Source: Candidatus Melainabacteria bacterium 17Bon1m
GTDB lineage: Bacteria; Cyanobacteriota; Vampirovibrionia; Obscuribacterales; Obscuribacteraceae
Assembly: GCA_032128875.1 (NCBI GenBank)
Contig: JAVLKG010000002.1
Coordinates: forward strand, 416,001 to 480,000
Length of the DNA stretch: 64,000 nucleotides
Direction: 5' to 3'
The notes beneath the pieces were generated by a model. The model had not been told where the DNA came from and ran no database searches. It worked only from the letters and a program-made list of their open reading frames with translations. Both the position numbers and the translations under genes were made by a program. Below, in pieces: positions 28,360 through 37,727 of this stretch; the first letter of the stretch is position 1; every line of letters starts with the position of its first letter.

Positions 28360-28800
28360 ATGTCCCAGAAGACAGTCAATTATAGGAAGGGCGACGTCGT
28401 CCTGGTGTCGTTTCCGTACACCACGGATGAGGGTACGACTCAGACTAAGCGCCGTCCGGCGGTCTTAATCTCCAACGACTACAACAATTCAAGACTTGAT
28501 GATGTGCTTCTGGTTCCATTGACCAGCAACACCACCAGAGCTGCTCGCGAGCCTACCCAAGTCGTAGTAATGATGAACACTCCGGAAGGACAAGCCGGAG
28601 GGCTTCGACTGGACAGTGTTATCGACTGCACAGTTATAGCTACCATTCCAAAGACATTGCTGGTAAACAAGATTGGCGCTTTTCCTCAGGAAACCATGGA
28701 AAGAGTCGACCAATGCTTGATGATTGCAATGGCAATCGGTCGCCCAATCTACAAGGAAAAGCCAGGCGGTCCGGACGAAGACATTCCGGAAAGCGCCTAG
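28360..28800 (+). CDS. mazF: PemK/MazF-family endoribonuclease toxin
   Basis: KGDVVLVSFP...KRRPAVLISND..N...VLLVPLTS...GLRLDS...KIG. Confidence 0.9.
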   Translation: MSQKTVNYRKGDVVLVSFPYTTDEGTTQTKRRPAVLISNDYNNSRLDDVLLVPLTSNTTRAAREPTQVVVMMNTPEGQAGGLRLDSVIDCTVIATIPKTLLVNKIGAFPQETMERVDQCLMIAMAIGRPIYKEKPGGPDEDIPESA

Positions 28801-28876
28801 CCCGATTGCCATGGCAATCGGGCGTCCGATCTACTAAGTAAGAAGCCGCCGGGCACTAAAGGAGAACTCCAGAATC
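28801..28876 (+). pseudogene. Degenerate duplicate of the mazF 3' end
   Basis: 28804-28834 matches 28722-28752 at 27/31 nt with all four differences synonymous (IAMAIGRPIY), then a stop/frameshift and weaker similarity. Confidence 0.7.
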
Positions 28877-28910
28877 AAGGTCGAACCATGCGAATGTGTT
28901 CGCCTTTTTG

Positions 28911-28938
28911 TTGACAGCCATACTTTTGTATGTATAAT
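28911..28938 (+). promoter_or_regulatory. Consensus sigma-70 promoter
   Basis: TTGACA-16 nt-TATAAT. Confidence 0.8.
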
Positions 28939-28946
28939 GCATATAT

Positions 28947-29100
28947 GGGATTTTGCAGCGCCCTGGTGCGTGACCGCCTGAAGAGGGCTAACGGTCCTTA
29001 GCCAATTCAGTTCGCTGGTCCAGTGCGGATCCTATGCGCGAGTGTCACCCGGGGCCCTCGCGCAAACCAAATTGCAGTCTTGCGCGCTTTTGCGTGCAAG
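28947..29100 (+). ncRNA. Putative structured small RNA, family unassigned
   Basis: Begins ~8 nt after a perfect -10; nested stems CTGAA/TTCAG, GGCTAA/TTAGCC, GACC/GGTC, TGCGCGAG/CTCGCGCA, CTTGCGCGC/GCGTGCAAG; no credible + strand CDS. Confidence 0.5.
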
Positions 29101-29128
29101 TATTCGCACTGGAAACTTCACAGCCGGT

Positions 29129-29914
29129 TCAGGCTGTCGTGATTGTCACCTTTTCGCCGCTGCTGACGTTAAGCAGCGCTTGCGCGCTTGCTTCTTTTGC
29201 CGCGATTTCCAAATAGCCGTGGCTGCCGCAAAGCACTTGAGCGTCGCCATCATCTATGGTGTCATAGCTGCCGGCCGCCAATTTCAACGATCGGCTGCCG
29301 ATGCGTATTTCCTTTATTTGAGGTTTTGTTTCTGCACAAACATTCGTGATGAGATTTCCATACCGGTCAATATAGACAATCGTGCCTTCAATCTCACCAG
29401 CTTCGACTTTTGGCTCCAGTCCTTCAATTACTGTAAGCGTGCTTTTGTCTACTTCTACAGCAAGATCTCTCAGGGCTATGCCGCTCAACAAACGTGCCGC
29501 AACCGGTGCAAAAACATCGCGGGCATGAAAAGTTTTGGAAACAGAATTGAGAAAGAATTGCGGTTTTTCCAGTGCATAAGCCTTTTTAGCTCCGGCAATA
29601 AAAGGCGTAGTCAAACCATTATCCGGCGCAAGGATAATGCAATCAGGCAATTCAAGCGCGATTCGTCTCTGTTTTGTACCGACGCGCGGGTCAATGACGG
29701 CGATATGAATGGTGCCTGCCTTGAAATACGGCACGCTTATTTTTAGCGACCAGGCGCCGGCAAGAATATCGAATGGCGGAATCTCATGATTGAGATCCAC
29801 TATTTGAGCTTGCGGAAAACGGCTCAGGATGATGCCTTTCACCACACCCACGTACGGATCTTTAAGACCGAAGTCAGTTGTAAGAGTTACGATTCTGGAA
29901 GCATCATCAGTCAT
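29129..29914 (-). CDS. SAM hydrolase / SAM-dependent halogenase family protein (DUF62)
   Basis: TLTTDFGLKDPYVG, AVIDPRVGT, APDNGL, TFHARDVFAP, IDRYGNLITN. Confidence 0.92.
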   Translation of the reverse strand: MTDDASRIVTLTTDFGLKDPYVGVVKGIILSRFPQAQIVDLNHEIPPFDILAGAWSLKISVPYFKAGTIHIAVIDPRVGTKQRRIALELPDCIILAPDNGLTTPFIAGAKKAYALEKPQFFLNSVSKTFHARDVFAPVAARLLSGIALRDLAVEVDKSTLTVIEGLEPKVEAGEIEGTIVYIDRYGNLITNVCAETKPQIKEIRIGSRSLKLAAGSYDTIDDGDAQVLCGSHGYLEIAAKEASAQALLNVSSGEKVTITTA

Positions 29915-30297
29915 TAGTGCGCAATCACAGTGGCAGTCGCGAACTCGTGCTCATGGCTAACCGAAACTTCGAATTTAGTGAGATTCTGTCGGGCTGCCAC
30001 TTCTAAAGCTCTACCGTGCAACTTGAGAGTGGGCTTGCCGGAACGTTCGCGGACAATTTCTACTTCTTTCCAGCCGACACCGTACCAGCCTGTTCCAAGG
30101 GCTTTTACTGTTGCTTCCTTAGCTGCAAAGCGACCCGCCAAGCGCTGAAACATGTGATGCCGGGCACTATTCACATGTTGTTCTTCGGCTTCGGTCAGAA
30201 TGCGTTTTAGTAATTTATTCCCAAAACGCTCATAGGAGGCGCGAATCCGACTGACAGAACAAATGTCGGTGCCGATCTTGATGTTAAGGTCAGCCAT
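29914..30297 (-). CDS. acpS: Holo-ACP synthase
   Basis: IGTDI, AGRFAAKEATVKALGTG, SVSHE. Confidence 0.95.
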   Translation of the reverse strand: MADLNIKIGTDICSVSRIRASYERFGNKLLKRILTEAEEQHVNSARHHMFQRLAGRFAAKEATVKALGTGWYGVGWKEVEIVRERSGKPTLKLHGRALEVAARQNLTKFEVSVSHEHEFATATVIAH

Positions 30298-30323
30298 GTT
30301 ATTCTCCTTGCCCGTCTAGCTCT

Positions 30324-30902
30324 CTACGAACGGCTTTCTTTGTCGCCACGCGTCCCATAAAGGTAGACGATTTCTGGTTTCGAAAGTGATTCATGCAATT
30401 GTGTGACCGTCTTTTTCAAGGTCGGATGCTGGAAGTCAGGTGCGATTTCCAGAAGCGGCACCAGCGCATACGCCCGGAATGGAACATTTGGATGAGGCAC
30501 CCGTAGTTCTTCTTCCTCGACGATTGTGTTTCCGAAAAAGAGAATATCCAAATCGATGACTCGTCTGCGTTTTTCGCCAGGCACGCAGTCTTTCAAGGTC
30601 TCTTCTTTTCCGTGCATGATGGCCAGACGTTTTTCGATATCAAGAACAGCGTCCAGAAGCGCTTTGCAGGAGAGCGTCGTTTCTACTGAAGCTACCGCGT
30701 TGACGAACCACTTGTCGTATTCAACACCAATCGGCTCGGTTTCATAAAGGCTCGAGCACTCAAGAACCTTGATTCCGCTGACGTCTTTCAGCATTTGCAT
30801 TGACTGCTGCACGAAGCCAAGACGGTCTCCCTCGTTAGAGCCCAGACCAATGAAAGCCTGCGTACGCTTCGGATTGCCCCGAAATTTCAGTTTGTCGGAC
30901 AC
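30324..30902 (-). CDS. folK: 2-amino-4-hydroxy-6-hydroxymethyldihydropteridine diphosphokinase
   Basis: IGLGSN.GDR, SSLYETEP, FVNAV, RVIDLDIL, VPHP. Confidence 0.95.
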   Translation of the reverse strand: MSDKLKFRGNPKRTQAFIGLGSNEGDRLGFVQQSMQMLKDVSGIKVLECSSLYETEPIGVEYDKWFVNAVASVETTLSCKALLDAVLDIEKRLAIMHGKEETLKDCVPGEKRRRVIDLDILFFGNTIVEEEELRVPHPNVPFRAYALVPLLEIAPDFQHPTLKKTVTQLHESLSKPEIVYLYGTRGDKESRS

Positions 30903-31109
30903 CTTTGAGACCTCAGTATGCTTTGTTTAAAGCGCACACATTATATACAAAAGGCGCGGTGAGTGTAGAATCTCATAAAAAAAGAGGGCGTTTTCAATAT
31001 GCGCATTGCCTGAATTCCAGGTGCCACGCGGATATAATAAGCGCCAGGTAAAACAAGTCAGGTGAATCGGCCGTTTGTGCTGGTGTGCACAAAGGTCGAA
31101 GGAGAAAAA

Positions 31110-31757
31110 ATGAACATTCCTCCCGATCGCAAGAAGATTTTTCAAGCCATTGAAGATAGCCCGGTGGCTTACAATCCAACCGTCATCGAAACGACGGCGC
31201 GAGGCGAGCGCTCGTTCGATATTTTTTCTCGACTTTTAAGAGAGCGGATCATCTTCCTGGGACAGGGCGTCGATGACGTTGTCGCCTCAATTATCGTGGC
31301 TCAGTTGCTGCTTCTGGAAGGTGAAGATCCGGAAAAAGACATTCGTCTCTACATCAACTGTCCAGGTGGAAGCATCACTTCCGGCTTTGCAATTTACGAC
31401 ACTATGATGCACATCAGAAGCGACGTGTCGACAATCTGCTTGGGTCAAGCCGCCGCGATGGGAGCCTTCCTTCTGTCATCCGGAGCCAAAGGGAAGCGGC
31501 TTGCATTGCCGCATTCGCGTGTTCTAATGCGTCAGCCGATGGGCGGAGCGGAAGGACAAGCTTCAGATATTGAAATTCAAGCAAAAGAAATTCTGCGCAA
31601 GAAGAAATTGCTTGTAGAGCTGTTCGCGAAGAATACTGGACAAAGCCAGAAGCAAATCGAGAAAGATAACGACCGCGACAACATCATGACTCCTGAGGAA
31701 GCCAAAGAATATGGCATCATCGATGAAGTTGTAGCGCGTGAGATGGTCACGACATAA
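31110..31757 (+). CDS. clpP: ClpP-family subunit lacking catalytic Ser and His (ClpR-like, predicted inactive)
   Basis: [26 protein letters not shown]; nucleophile site GQAAAMG (normally AASMG) and MRQP (normally IHQP); GGAG RBS before ATG 31110. Confidence 0.9.
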   Translation: MNIPPDRKKIFQAIEDSPVAYNPTVIETTARGERSFDIFSRLLRERIIFLGQGVDDVVASIIVAQLLLLEGEDPEKDIRLYINCPGGSITSGFAIYDTMMHIRSDVSTICLGQAAAMGAFLLSSGAKGKRLALPHSRVLMRQPMGGAEGQASDIEIQAKEILRKKKLLVELFAKNTGQSQKQIEKDNDRDNIMTPEEAKEYGIIDEVVAREMVTT

Positions 31758-31774
31758 GGTTCAACAAACTCGAA

Positions 31775-31978
31775 TTACTTCTTACTGTCGTTCTCTGTGG
31801 CTTCAGGTGGGACCGGCTCGCCTGGCGCAAACTCTGTTTTACGTCCGCCGCCATCTGAGTAGAGTTCTTCTTTTCGCTTATCTTCTGCAGTTTGTTGAGC
31901 ATCGCTCGATTGTTCCAAACTTTCCTTTTCTGCGTGGCAATTTGCATCTTCATTGCATGGTCTTTCGCCGTTGCTCAT
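31775..31978 (-). CDS. Hypothetical small acidic protein
   Basis: GAGGAG RBS before ATG 31978 (MSNGERP...). Confidence 0.5.
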   Translation of the reverse strand: MSNGERPCNEDANCHAEKESLEQSSDAQQTAEDKRKEELYSDGGGRKTEFAPGEPVPPEATENDSKK

Positions 31979-32165
31979 GTCAGTCTCCTCGTATGCTTCC
32001 AATTCTGATAGAAGGAAGACCGTAGCCGGCTATCGTTGTTCCCAGGCGAAGATTTATTGAACGAATTAACTCCCTCAGCCCCCGTATTCTCCGCATTTCG
32101 CGCCACACTTATGCCACACATTAAGAGCAAGAGTAGGTCATGTCGGATTCACGAGGTAATCAGCA

Positions 32166-32600
32166 ATGGGGCGCGATTGGATTGACGATAGAGCTGCAAG
32201 CATGGCTCGAGACCTGGATAGAGGAAACGGTGAGCGAGTGGCAGATCAACTGCGAGAAGACGCTTCTCGGCTGAACCAGCGCGATTTCATGAATCTAGTG
32301 CATCAGACACAGCGATACGATCGCAACGGCGTCGGCGACGATTTGGTAATCACACCGATTCCGGGCTACAACGGCGGCGGAAAAGAAATATCCGTGCGCG
32401 TTCGCGAAACTGATAGGCACGGACGCCCTGTACTGGTAAACGAACCTGTTGCCCGTATCGAGCCACCGCCGCCTCCTGCTCCTGGACGTTATCCGCAAGA
32501 GCAACAAGGTGTAGATCCTGCCTCCGTCTTGCTCGGAACAGCAATTGGCATTGGATTAACGACTATCCTGCGAAACAATCACGATCGCCATCGACGTTAA
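32166..32600 (+). CDS. Hypothetical protein
   Basis: GAGGT RBS; 144 aa, Pro-rich linker and C-terminal Gly-rich hydrophobic helix. Confidence 0.65.
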   Translation: MGRDWIDDRAASMARDLDRGNGERVADQLREDASRLNQRDFMNLVHQTQRYDRNGVGDDLVITPIPGYNGGGKEISVRVRETDRHGRPVLVNEPVARIEPPPPPAPGRYPQEQQGVDPASVLLGTAIGIGLTTILRNNHDRHRR

Positions 32601-33293
32601 CTAGTTGAATATTGCTTTTAGAACAGTCTGAGTGTCGGCCAGTGTGGAGAATAAATGATCGGGACATTGTGCCTCGAGCTCTTCCCTTGTGGTTCTGCCT
32701 GAGTTAACCGCAAGACTTACTGCTCCATAATGCTTTGCACAGAGCACATCAAAGATACTGTCGCCGATAACGACAATTTCTCGGGGCTCGAATGTAGTCT
32801 TGAAGTGTTGATCGGCTCTCAGTTTTGCGACATGCGGCAAATCGAGTCGGCTGGCCGAATCGGAGCCGTATGCACCCAAAGGAAAGTGATGATTGAGTTT
32901 AAAGCGCTCTAGTTTCATGCGAGCGCCACGTTCGACATTGCCGGTCAGCAAACCCAGATACGCGTTTTCCATCATGGACAGAGCTGCCAGAATGTCTTCT
33001 ACGCCTTCGTGTACGATGTAGTGTTTGGTTTCGCTGATTTCAGTGGCCAGATGAACCAGATATTCTTCAATCATCGATGGAATGGCAGACTCAATTTCTT
33101 TTCTATCGATACCCGCCTGCGACATAATCTCAGTCAAGATTTGCGGATCCGTCTTGCCGGACATGGATAATTTTATGGTGGCAGGATCGATATCGTAGCG
33201 GTCTTTGAGCACCTTGCTGATAGCGCGGCGACCCGCTCCATCTGACGTGATCATAGTTTCGTCGATATCAAATAAAACTAGTCTCTTCTGCAT
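32601..33293 (-). CDS. HAD-family hydrolase/phosphatase
   Basis: LFDIDET, SGKTD, LLTGN, VIGDS..D motifs. Confidence 0.9.
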   Translation of the reverse strand: MQKRLVLFDIDETMITSDGAGRRAISKVLKDRYDIDPATIKLSMSGKTDPQILTEIMSQAGIDRKEIESAIPSMIEEYLVHLATEISETKHYIVHEGVEDILAALSMMENAYLGLLTGNVERGARMKLERFKLNHHFPLGAYGSDSASRLDLPHVAKLRADQHFKTTFEPREIVVIGDSIFDVLCAKHYGAVSLAVNSGRTTREELEAQCPDHLFSTLADTQTVLKAIFN

Positions 33294-36262
33294 TATTCTG
33301 CAGGCTTTGCATTGCCCGTGGTGTCAACAATAGATGGTGGCGCCGGCAGTGCCTGAGAAGCTTCTGACTCTTCGCCCTCGTAAATGCGAATTTGATCGCG
33401 TCCACTGTTCTTCGCCACGTAAAGTGCCTTGTCTGCTCTTTCTACGAGCTCTGCAGCACTGCTTGCTTGTTTGGGAAAAGAAGCCGCACCGATAGAGCAG
33501 GAGATTCTTCCGAGCCCGGGCACATGGCAGTTTCTAATTTGACTGCAGATACGATCACCGATTAAAGCTGCTTCAAACAGCGATGTTTCAGGCAAAATGA
33601 CTCCAAACTCTTCCCCGCCGTAGCGTGCCGGCGTGTCTCCAGATCGCAGGATTGTTTTGAGTATAGATGCAACCTGGCGGATGGCCGCGTCGCCGACCGG
33701 GTGGCCGTAGGTGTCGTTGATGACCTTGAGTTTGTCCAGGTCGACCATAAGCAGCGAGCAAGACGTGCCTTTTCTCTTTGCGAGATTGAGGTCTTCCTGC
33801 AGACGGTTTTTGAAATAAACGTGGTTGTATAGCGTCGTCAGACCATCTGTAATCGCCTGGTGTTTGACTGTGGCGAAAAGATGAGCGTGTTCGATCGCAA
33901 CTGCGACCTGGTCGGCAATGGCAGCAACTAAACGCACTTCAGTAGGCGTCCACTCCCTGGTGTTCTCGGTTTGATGAACAATGAGCAAACCGACCAATCT
34001 ATTTTCACTGACGAGCGGAGCTGCAATTAAAGAGCGCGTTCCGTTTTGATCGAGGAAGTGGCGGAACGGCATGGCACGTGAATCCATGTCGATGTCCGTA
34101 ATCACGGCTATCGGAGCTTCTTGAAGTGTGGTTGCATCCGGCGGCACCTGGATTAGTTCGCCGTCGTCGGTTTCTACAAAAGTCGCGTAGCCCTTGCTCA
34201 ATCTGTCTAAGTCTATACCGAGAATTGTGTTGCGGCCCGTGACCGGCTCCGCTCTGAGTTCTGCTGGAATCAAAGGTTCTATTTGATCGTGCTCGGAATT
34301 CGGACTGAGAGCTTCGCCAGTTTTTGCCTGGAATGCCTGCATTGTCGATGCCAGAAGATTGGCAGCACGAGTGGATTTTATTGTAGGCGTATGGGAGACG
34401 CGGAAGTCCATTTGATCAGGATAGAGGCTGACGCCTTTAACGCTTTCCAGATGCCCTGCATGGCATTCATGTGTGACCACCAGCGGACCTTCGTTTCTGG
34501 GTTGAGCAATTTGCACACGCTCGACTCCCAGTGCCTTCAGCAGCTCTCCTGTGACCGTATTCAATATCGTGTCGAGATCAAGAGAACTTCTTACGGAGCG
34601 GACAATATGATTGATCAAGACTTCCTGCTCAGCCATTTGCTTGGTACGGTTGTACAAGCGGGCGTGTTGCATAGCCAATGTGACCTGGCGCGCGATAGCT
34701 TCTACTAGTTCGAGCTCATAGTCCGTCCAAACACGAAGTCTGTCGCACTGATGTACGAGGATGATGCCCAGAGGACCTTCGTTGGTCGTAATTGGGCAGG
34801 CGATGAGCGAGCGAACCGATTTCCAATCTTGCGACTGTTCTTCTGTCGCATTTTCAAACAGCGGTGTATTCACGCCATCATCAAGGACATCCAGCGAGAG
34901 AATCGAGCCTTGTTGCAGAATCAGTTTGAGAACACTGTGTTTTGTAATCAATATAGATTTGTTTGCGAGCTCTGTTCCGCCTTTCTTCGGATCAGTCCAA
35001 ACATAGTCGAACATCAGCTCGTCATCGGACGTATCGAGCGTGCAATGCGTATCTACAAGCGCCAGGCAGCAGCGGCTGGAACCAAGTGCTTGGCCCAATT
35101 CGCGCACCGTAGTATTCAAAATTTGGTCGAGATCAAGTGACTTACGAATGGATTCTGAAACTTGATCGGTCATGTTCTTCATGTCCTGGTTCAATTCCAG
35201 GCGTGAGGCCATCTGGTTAAACGCGCGGGCTAACAGTCCGAATTCGTCGCGGGCAGGAACATTGACGCGTTTTGTGAAATCGCCGTGTCCGATCGCCAGT
35301 GATTCTTTGACCAGCAATCTGATGGTGCGCGTAAAGTGCAGCGTCGCCCAAAATGCCAGACCGACGGAAATGAGCACGCACGAGGCCGCAATTGCAGTGA
35401 GGAGAACCAGCCAATCATGTGCCTGTCCATAGATTTCGCTGACAGGCACACCAACGACCAACAGCCAATTCGTAGTCGGGACATGATCGAAAGCATATGC
35501 GCGTGTAACTGGGTCGGCGATTCCAACGGCTTCGTAACTGCCTCGCTGTGCTTTAGACCCCGCTGTCACCGATTTGGCCTTGGAAAAATCTTTGCCTTGC
35601 CAGTATTCATTTTGCAGAGTGCGAGCGATAACACGCTTTTGGCTGTCCACGACTGCAATTACAGTGTCGCTGTCGTCGCTCAATCCGTGGAACAAGCTAA
35701 GCACCGAATCAAGGTCAACAGATGCGAGCATCACGCCTTGATCTTTGATCGGCACAACTACCAGCACAGAAGGGTCACCACAGACCGGTGAATGTGTATA
35801 ACCGCTGATTGCCGGGATTCCCGACTTTTCTACAGTGGCAATGAATTCTTTTGTCGTTGAATCAAGCGTGACTGCTGTTGTTCTTGCTTTGACTCCGTAT
35901 TGACCTCGCTCGGCGGCAGCAATCAGTTTGCCGTCCTTGAGCAGAGCCAAATCGTGCCATTGTTTTTCAGCCTTGAGCGCTGTTTCGAAAATCTTCTGAG
36001 TGGCGTCTACCTTGCCCCCACGTAGGGCTGCAAGTTGAGCAATCGCACCGGCCGTATCGATTTGTGTTTGAGTCCACTGATGCAGGCTGCGAACCGCAAT
36101 GGCGGCCTGGAAAGTGGTGGCACGAGAGGCTTCGAGCCTGAGTGTCTGGTAAGACTTATATAAGGTGAAGCTGCCGATGGCGATTAACGGCGCAGCCACT
36201 CCAAGACACAAGAGGAGCATTCTTGTGCGGATACTACAGGGGTTGGATAGCGATCTCAGCAC
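33293..36262 (-). CDS. Membrane diguanylate cyclase (Cache-HAMP-GAF-GAF-GGDEF)
   Basis: Two TM segments, HAMP (DEFGLLARAFNQMA), two GAF domains, DGLT.LYN, NDTYGHPVGD, RSGD I-site, RYGGEEF. Confidence 0.92.
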   Translation of the reverse strand: MLRSLSNPCSIRTRMLLLCLGVAAPLIAIGSFTLYKSYQTLRLEASRATTFQAAIAVRSLHQWTQTQIDTAGAIAQLAALRGGKVDATQKIFETALKAEKQWHDLALLKDGKLIAAAERGQYGVKARTTAVTLDSTTKEFIATVEKSGIPAISGYTHSPVCGDPSVLVVVPIKDQGVMLASVDLDSVLSLFHGLSDDSDTVIAVVDSQKRVIARTLQNEYWQGKDFSKAKSVTAGSKAQRGSYEAVGIADPVTRAYAFDHVPTTNWLLVVGVPVSEIYGQAHDWLVLLTAIAASCVLISVGLAFWATLHFTRTIRLLVKESLAIGHGDFTKRVNVPARDEFGLLARAFNQMASRLELNQDMKNMTDQVSESIRKSLDLDQILNTTVRELGQALGSSRCCLALVDTHCTLDTSDDELMFDYVWTDPKKGGTELANKSILITKHSVLKLILQQGSILSLDVLDDGVNTPLFENATEEQSQDWKSVRSLIACPITTNEGPLGIILVHQCDRLRVWTDYELELVEAIARQVTLAMQHARLYNRTKQMAEQEVLINHIVRSVRSSLDLDTILNTVTGELLKALGVERVQIAQPRNEGPLVVTHECHAGHLESVKGVSLYPDQMDFRVSHTPTIKSTRAANLLASTMQAFQAKTGEALSPNSEHDQIEPLIPAELRAEPVTGRNTILGIDLDRLSKGYATFVETDDGELIQVPPDATTLQEAPIAVITDIDMDSRAMPFRHFLDQNGTRSLIAAPLVSENRLVGLLIVHQTENTREWTPTEVRLVAAIADQVAVAIEHAHLFATVKHQAITDGLTTLYNHVYFKNRLQEDLNLAKRKGTSCSLLMVDLDKLKVINDTYGHPVGDAAIRQVASILKTILRSGDTPARYGGEEFGVILPETSLFEAALIGDRICSQIRNCHVPGLGRISCSIGAASFPKQASSAAELVERADKALYVAKNSGRDQIRIYEGEESEASQALPAPPSIVDTTGNAKPAE

Positions 36263-36437
36263 TGCCAGACCTGCGTTTTACGGAGTGGAATAATATCGGG
36301 TGCCGTTTGGTTGATATCCCATGGAGCCAAGGATTCCAGTGAGATTATAAGTGTTATTTAAAAGAGTAAAAGAGTCTATTTGTTTTAGAAATGACGTTTT
36401 TACTAAAACGGGTGGGGAAAATACGTATTGAATTAGG

Positions 36438-37643
36438 TTAATTTCTACGGCTCGAGCCAGCCAGAGCTCGTTCTTGAGCAGTTTCCTTCTCGGCAGTGAG
36501 CAAACACTCGAAAGCTTTATCGGTGTCGAGCGGAACTTTGTTTTCCAAATCGAGAGTGAGCCCCATCCGCATAGCTAAAAGGATTTCCTCGCCGGCTTTC
36601 TCCTTATTGCCCTGGCGCAGATAGACATCAACTTTCACCATCCGTGCCACCAGGCATTGCTCATCGAATTCCAATGCGCGCTCTGAAAGATTGATGGCAT
36701 CAACTAGCTCACCATCCGCAAACGCAGCACAGGCGGCGGCTGCGAGCAATGTACCTTTGAGTTCGCCATCTACATTCGGGTAGTTTGATGTAAGCAAAAA
36801 TGCTTGTCTGGATTTTTTGTATTCCCGACGACGATAGGTAAGAATACCTTCAAGAAAGTTTGCATAGAGCGGATGGCGATATTCAGATTTCAGCCTGCCG
36901 AGCAAGCGCTTTGCCTGGCGGCGTAATCCGGCTCGATCATATAGAAGTCCAACACGGAAGGCCAGACGTGCGCTTTCGGGGCTGGCATGCCAGGTAGAAA
37001 TTGCTCTTCTCAGCTCGTCAGAAGCCGCAGGTCTGGTCAGCTCTGAAAACCAGAGACGTACTCTAGCGGTACGCATCATCCACACATAAATCGCGCCCAG
37101 AACGACGTGCACCGTAACCAGTGGCATGCGAGCAGCGATCGGAGCCATGGACATTGCCGCGCTCCACTTGGTGCCGCCAAATCCAACCAGAGCAAGTATT
37201 GGCTCTGCAATGAAGTTGAGACCAAGTACGAATGCCGCGGTATACCCAATCACTGTAGATAAGAATGGGTGCGGTCTGAAAAGCAGTGCCGGCAACAACA
37301 GAAGCGCCAGAATGCACTGAATGATCTCGCCTGCAAACAATGAAGGGATGACGAAACGTTCGGAGGTCAAACCGGCAGGAATCGCTTCATACCAGATAAA
37401 TCCATACGTAAAGCTCTTGATGAAGCCACCAAGAAACTCGGTCGTCACAGTCGTCGCTCGCATATCGAGAAAAACGAAAAGCGGGAAGATGACAAACACG
37501 ACGAGCCGCCAGGCAAAGGCCCGGTCTTCATCGTTCAAATCTTCTTTTGCCAGCCGGTATCGTTCAGTCCACAAGCGATACAGCGTACTTGCCGCTATGA
37601 CGGTTGTGAGAAGCGCTACGCACCACAGGTAAACCTGATTCAT
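36438..37643 (-). CDS. Membrane protein with TPR tail; paralog of the adjacent M50-like protease lacking HExxH
   Basis: Collinear with 37728-38921 (LGG, YG..W, FAG, RLWF.E.T.P) but FLDMRAT replaces MIHELGH. Confidence 0.75.
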   Translation of the reverse strand: MNQVYLWCVALLTTVIAASTLYRLWTERYRLAKEDLNDEDRAFAWRLVVFVIFPLFVFLDMRATTVTTEFLGGFIKSFTYGFIWYEAIPAGLTSERFVIPSLFAGEIIQCILALLLLPALLFRPHPFLSTVIGYTAAFVLGLNFIAEPILALVGFGGTKWSAAMSMAPIAARMPLVTVHVVLGAIYVWMMRTARVRLWFSELTRPAASDELRRAISTWHASPESARLAFRVGLLYDRAGLRRQAKRLLGRLKSEYRHPLYANFLEGILTYRRREYKKSRQAFLLTSNYPNVDGELKGTLLAAAACAAFADGELVDAINLSERALEFDEQCLVARMVKVDVYLRQGNKEKAGEEILLAMRMGLTLDLENKVPLDTDKAFECLLTAEKETAQERALAGSSRRN

Positions 37644-37727
37644 ATGAGTTGCTTGTAATGTCTAGCCGGGGTTTCCAAATTGGCTTGTCATTATAAGTAA
37701 GCTCAAGTCGTCAAGTCTGAAATCTAT

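Noticed and set aside
28978-29012. CTGAAGA followed by a stem, like a hammerhead ribozyme core
   Set aside because: The required GAAA after stem II is absent (TTAGCC-AATT)
28947-29033. tRNA-Sec-like GCGCCCTGGTG arm
   Set aside because: No UCA anticodon loop in position and no T-arm consensus
29042-29746. 234-aa + strand ORF downstream of the consensus promoter
   Set aside because: Antisense to the well-supported DUF62 gene, no RBS, atypical composition
30927-30960. GCGCACACATTATATACAAAA as a possible dif site
   Set aside because: No XerD arm (TTATGTTAAAT); fits a TATAAT -10 for folK on the minus strand
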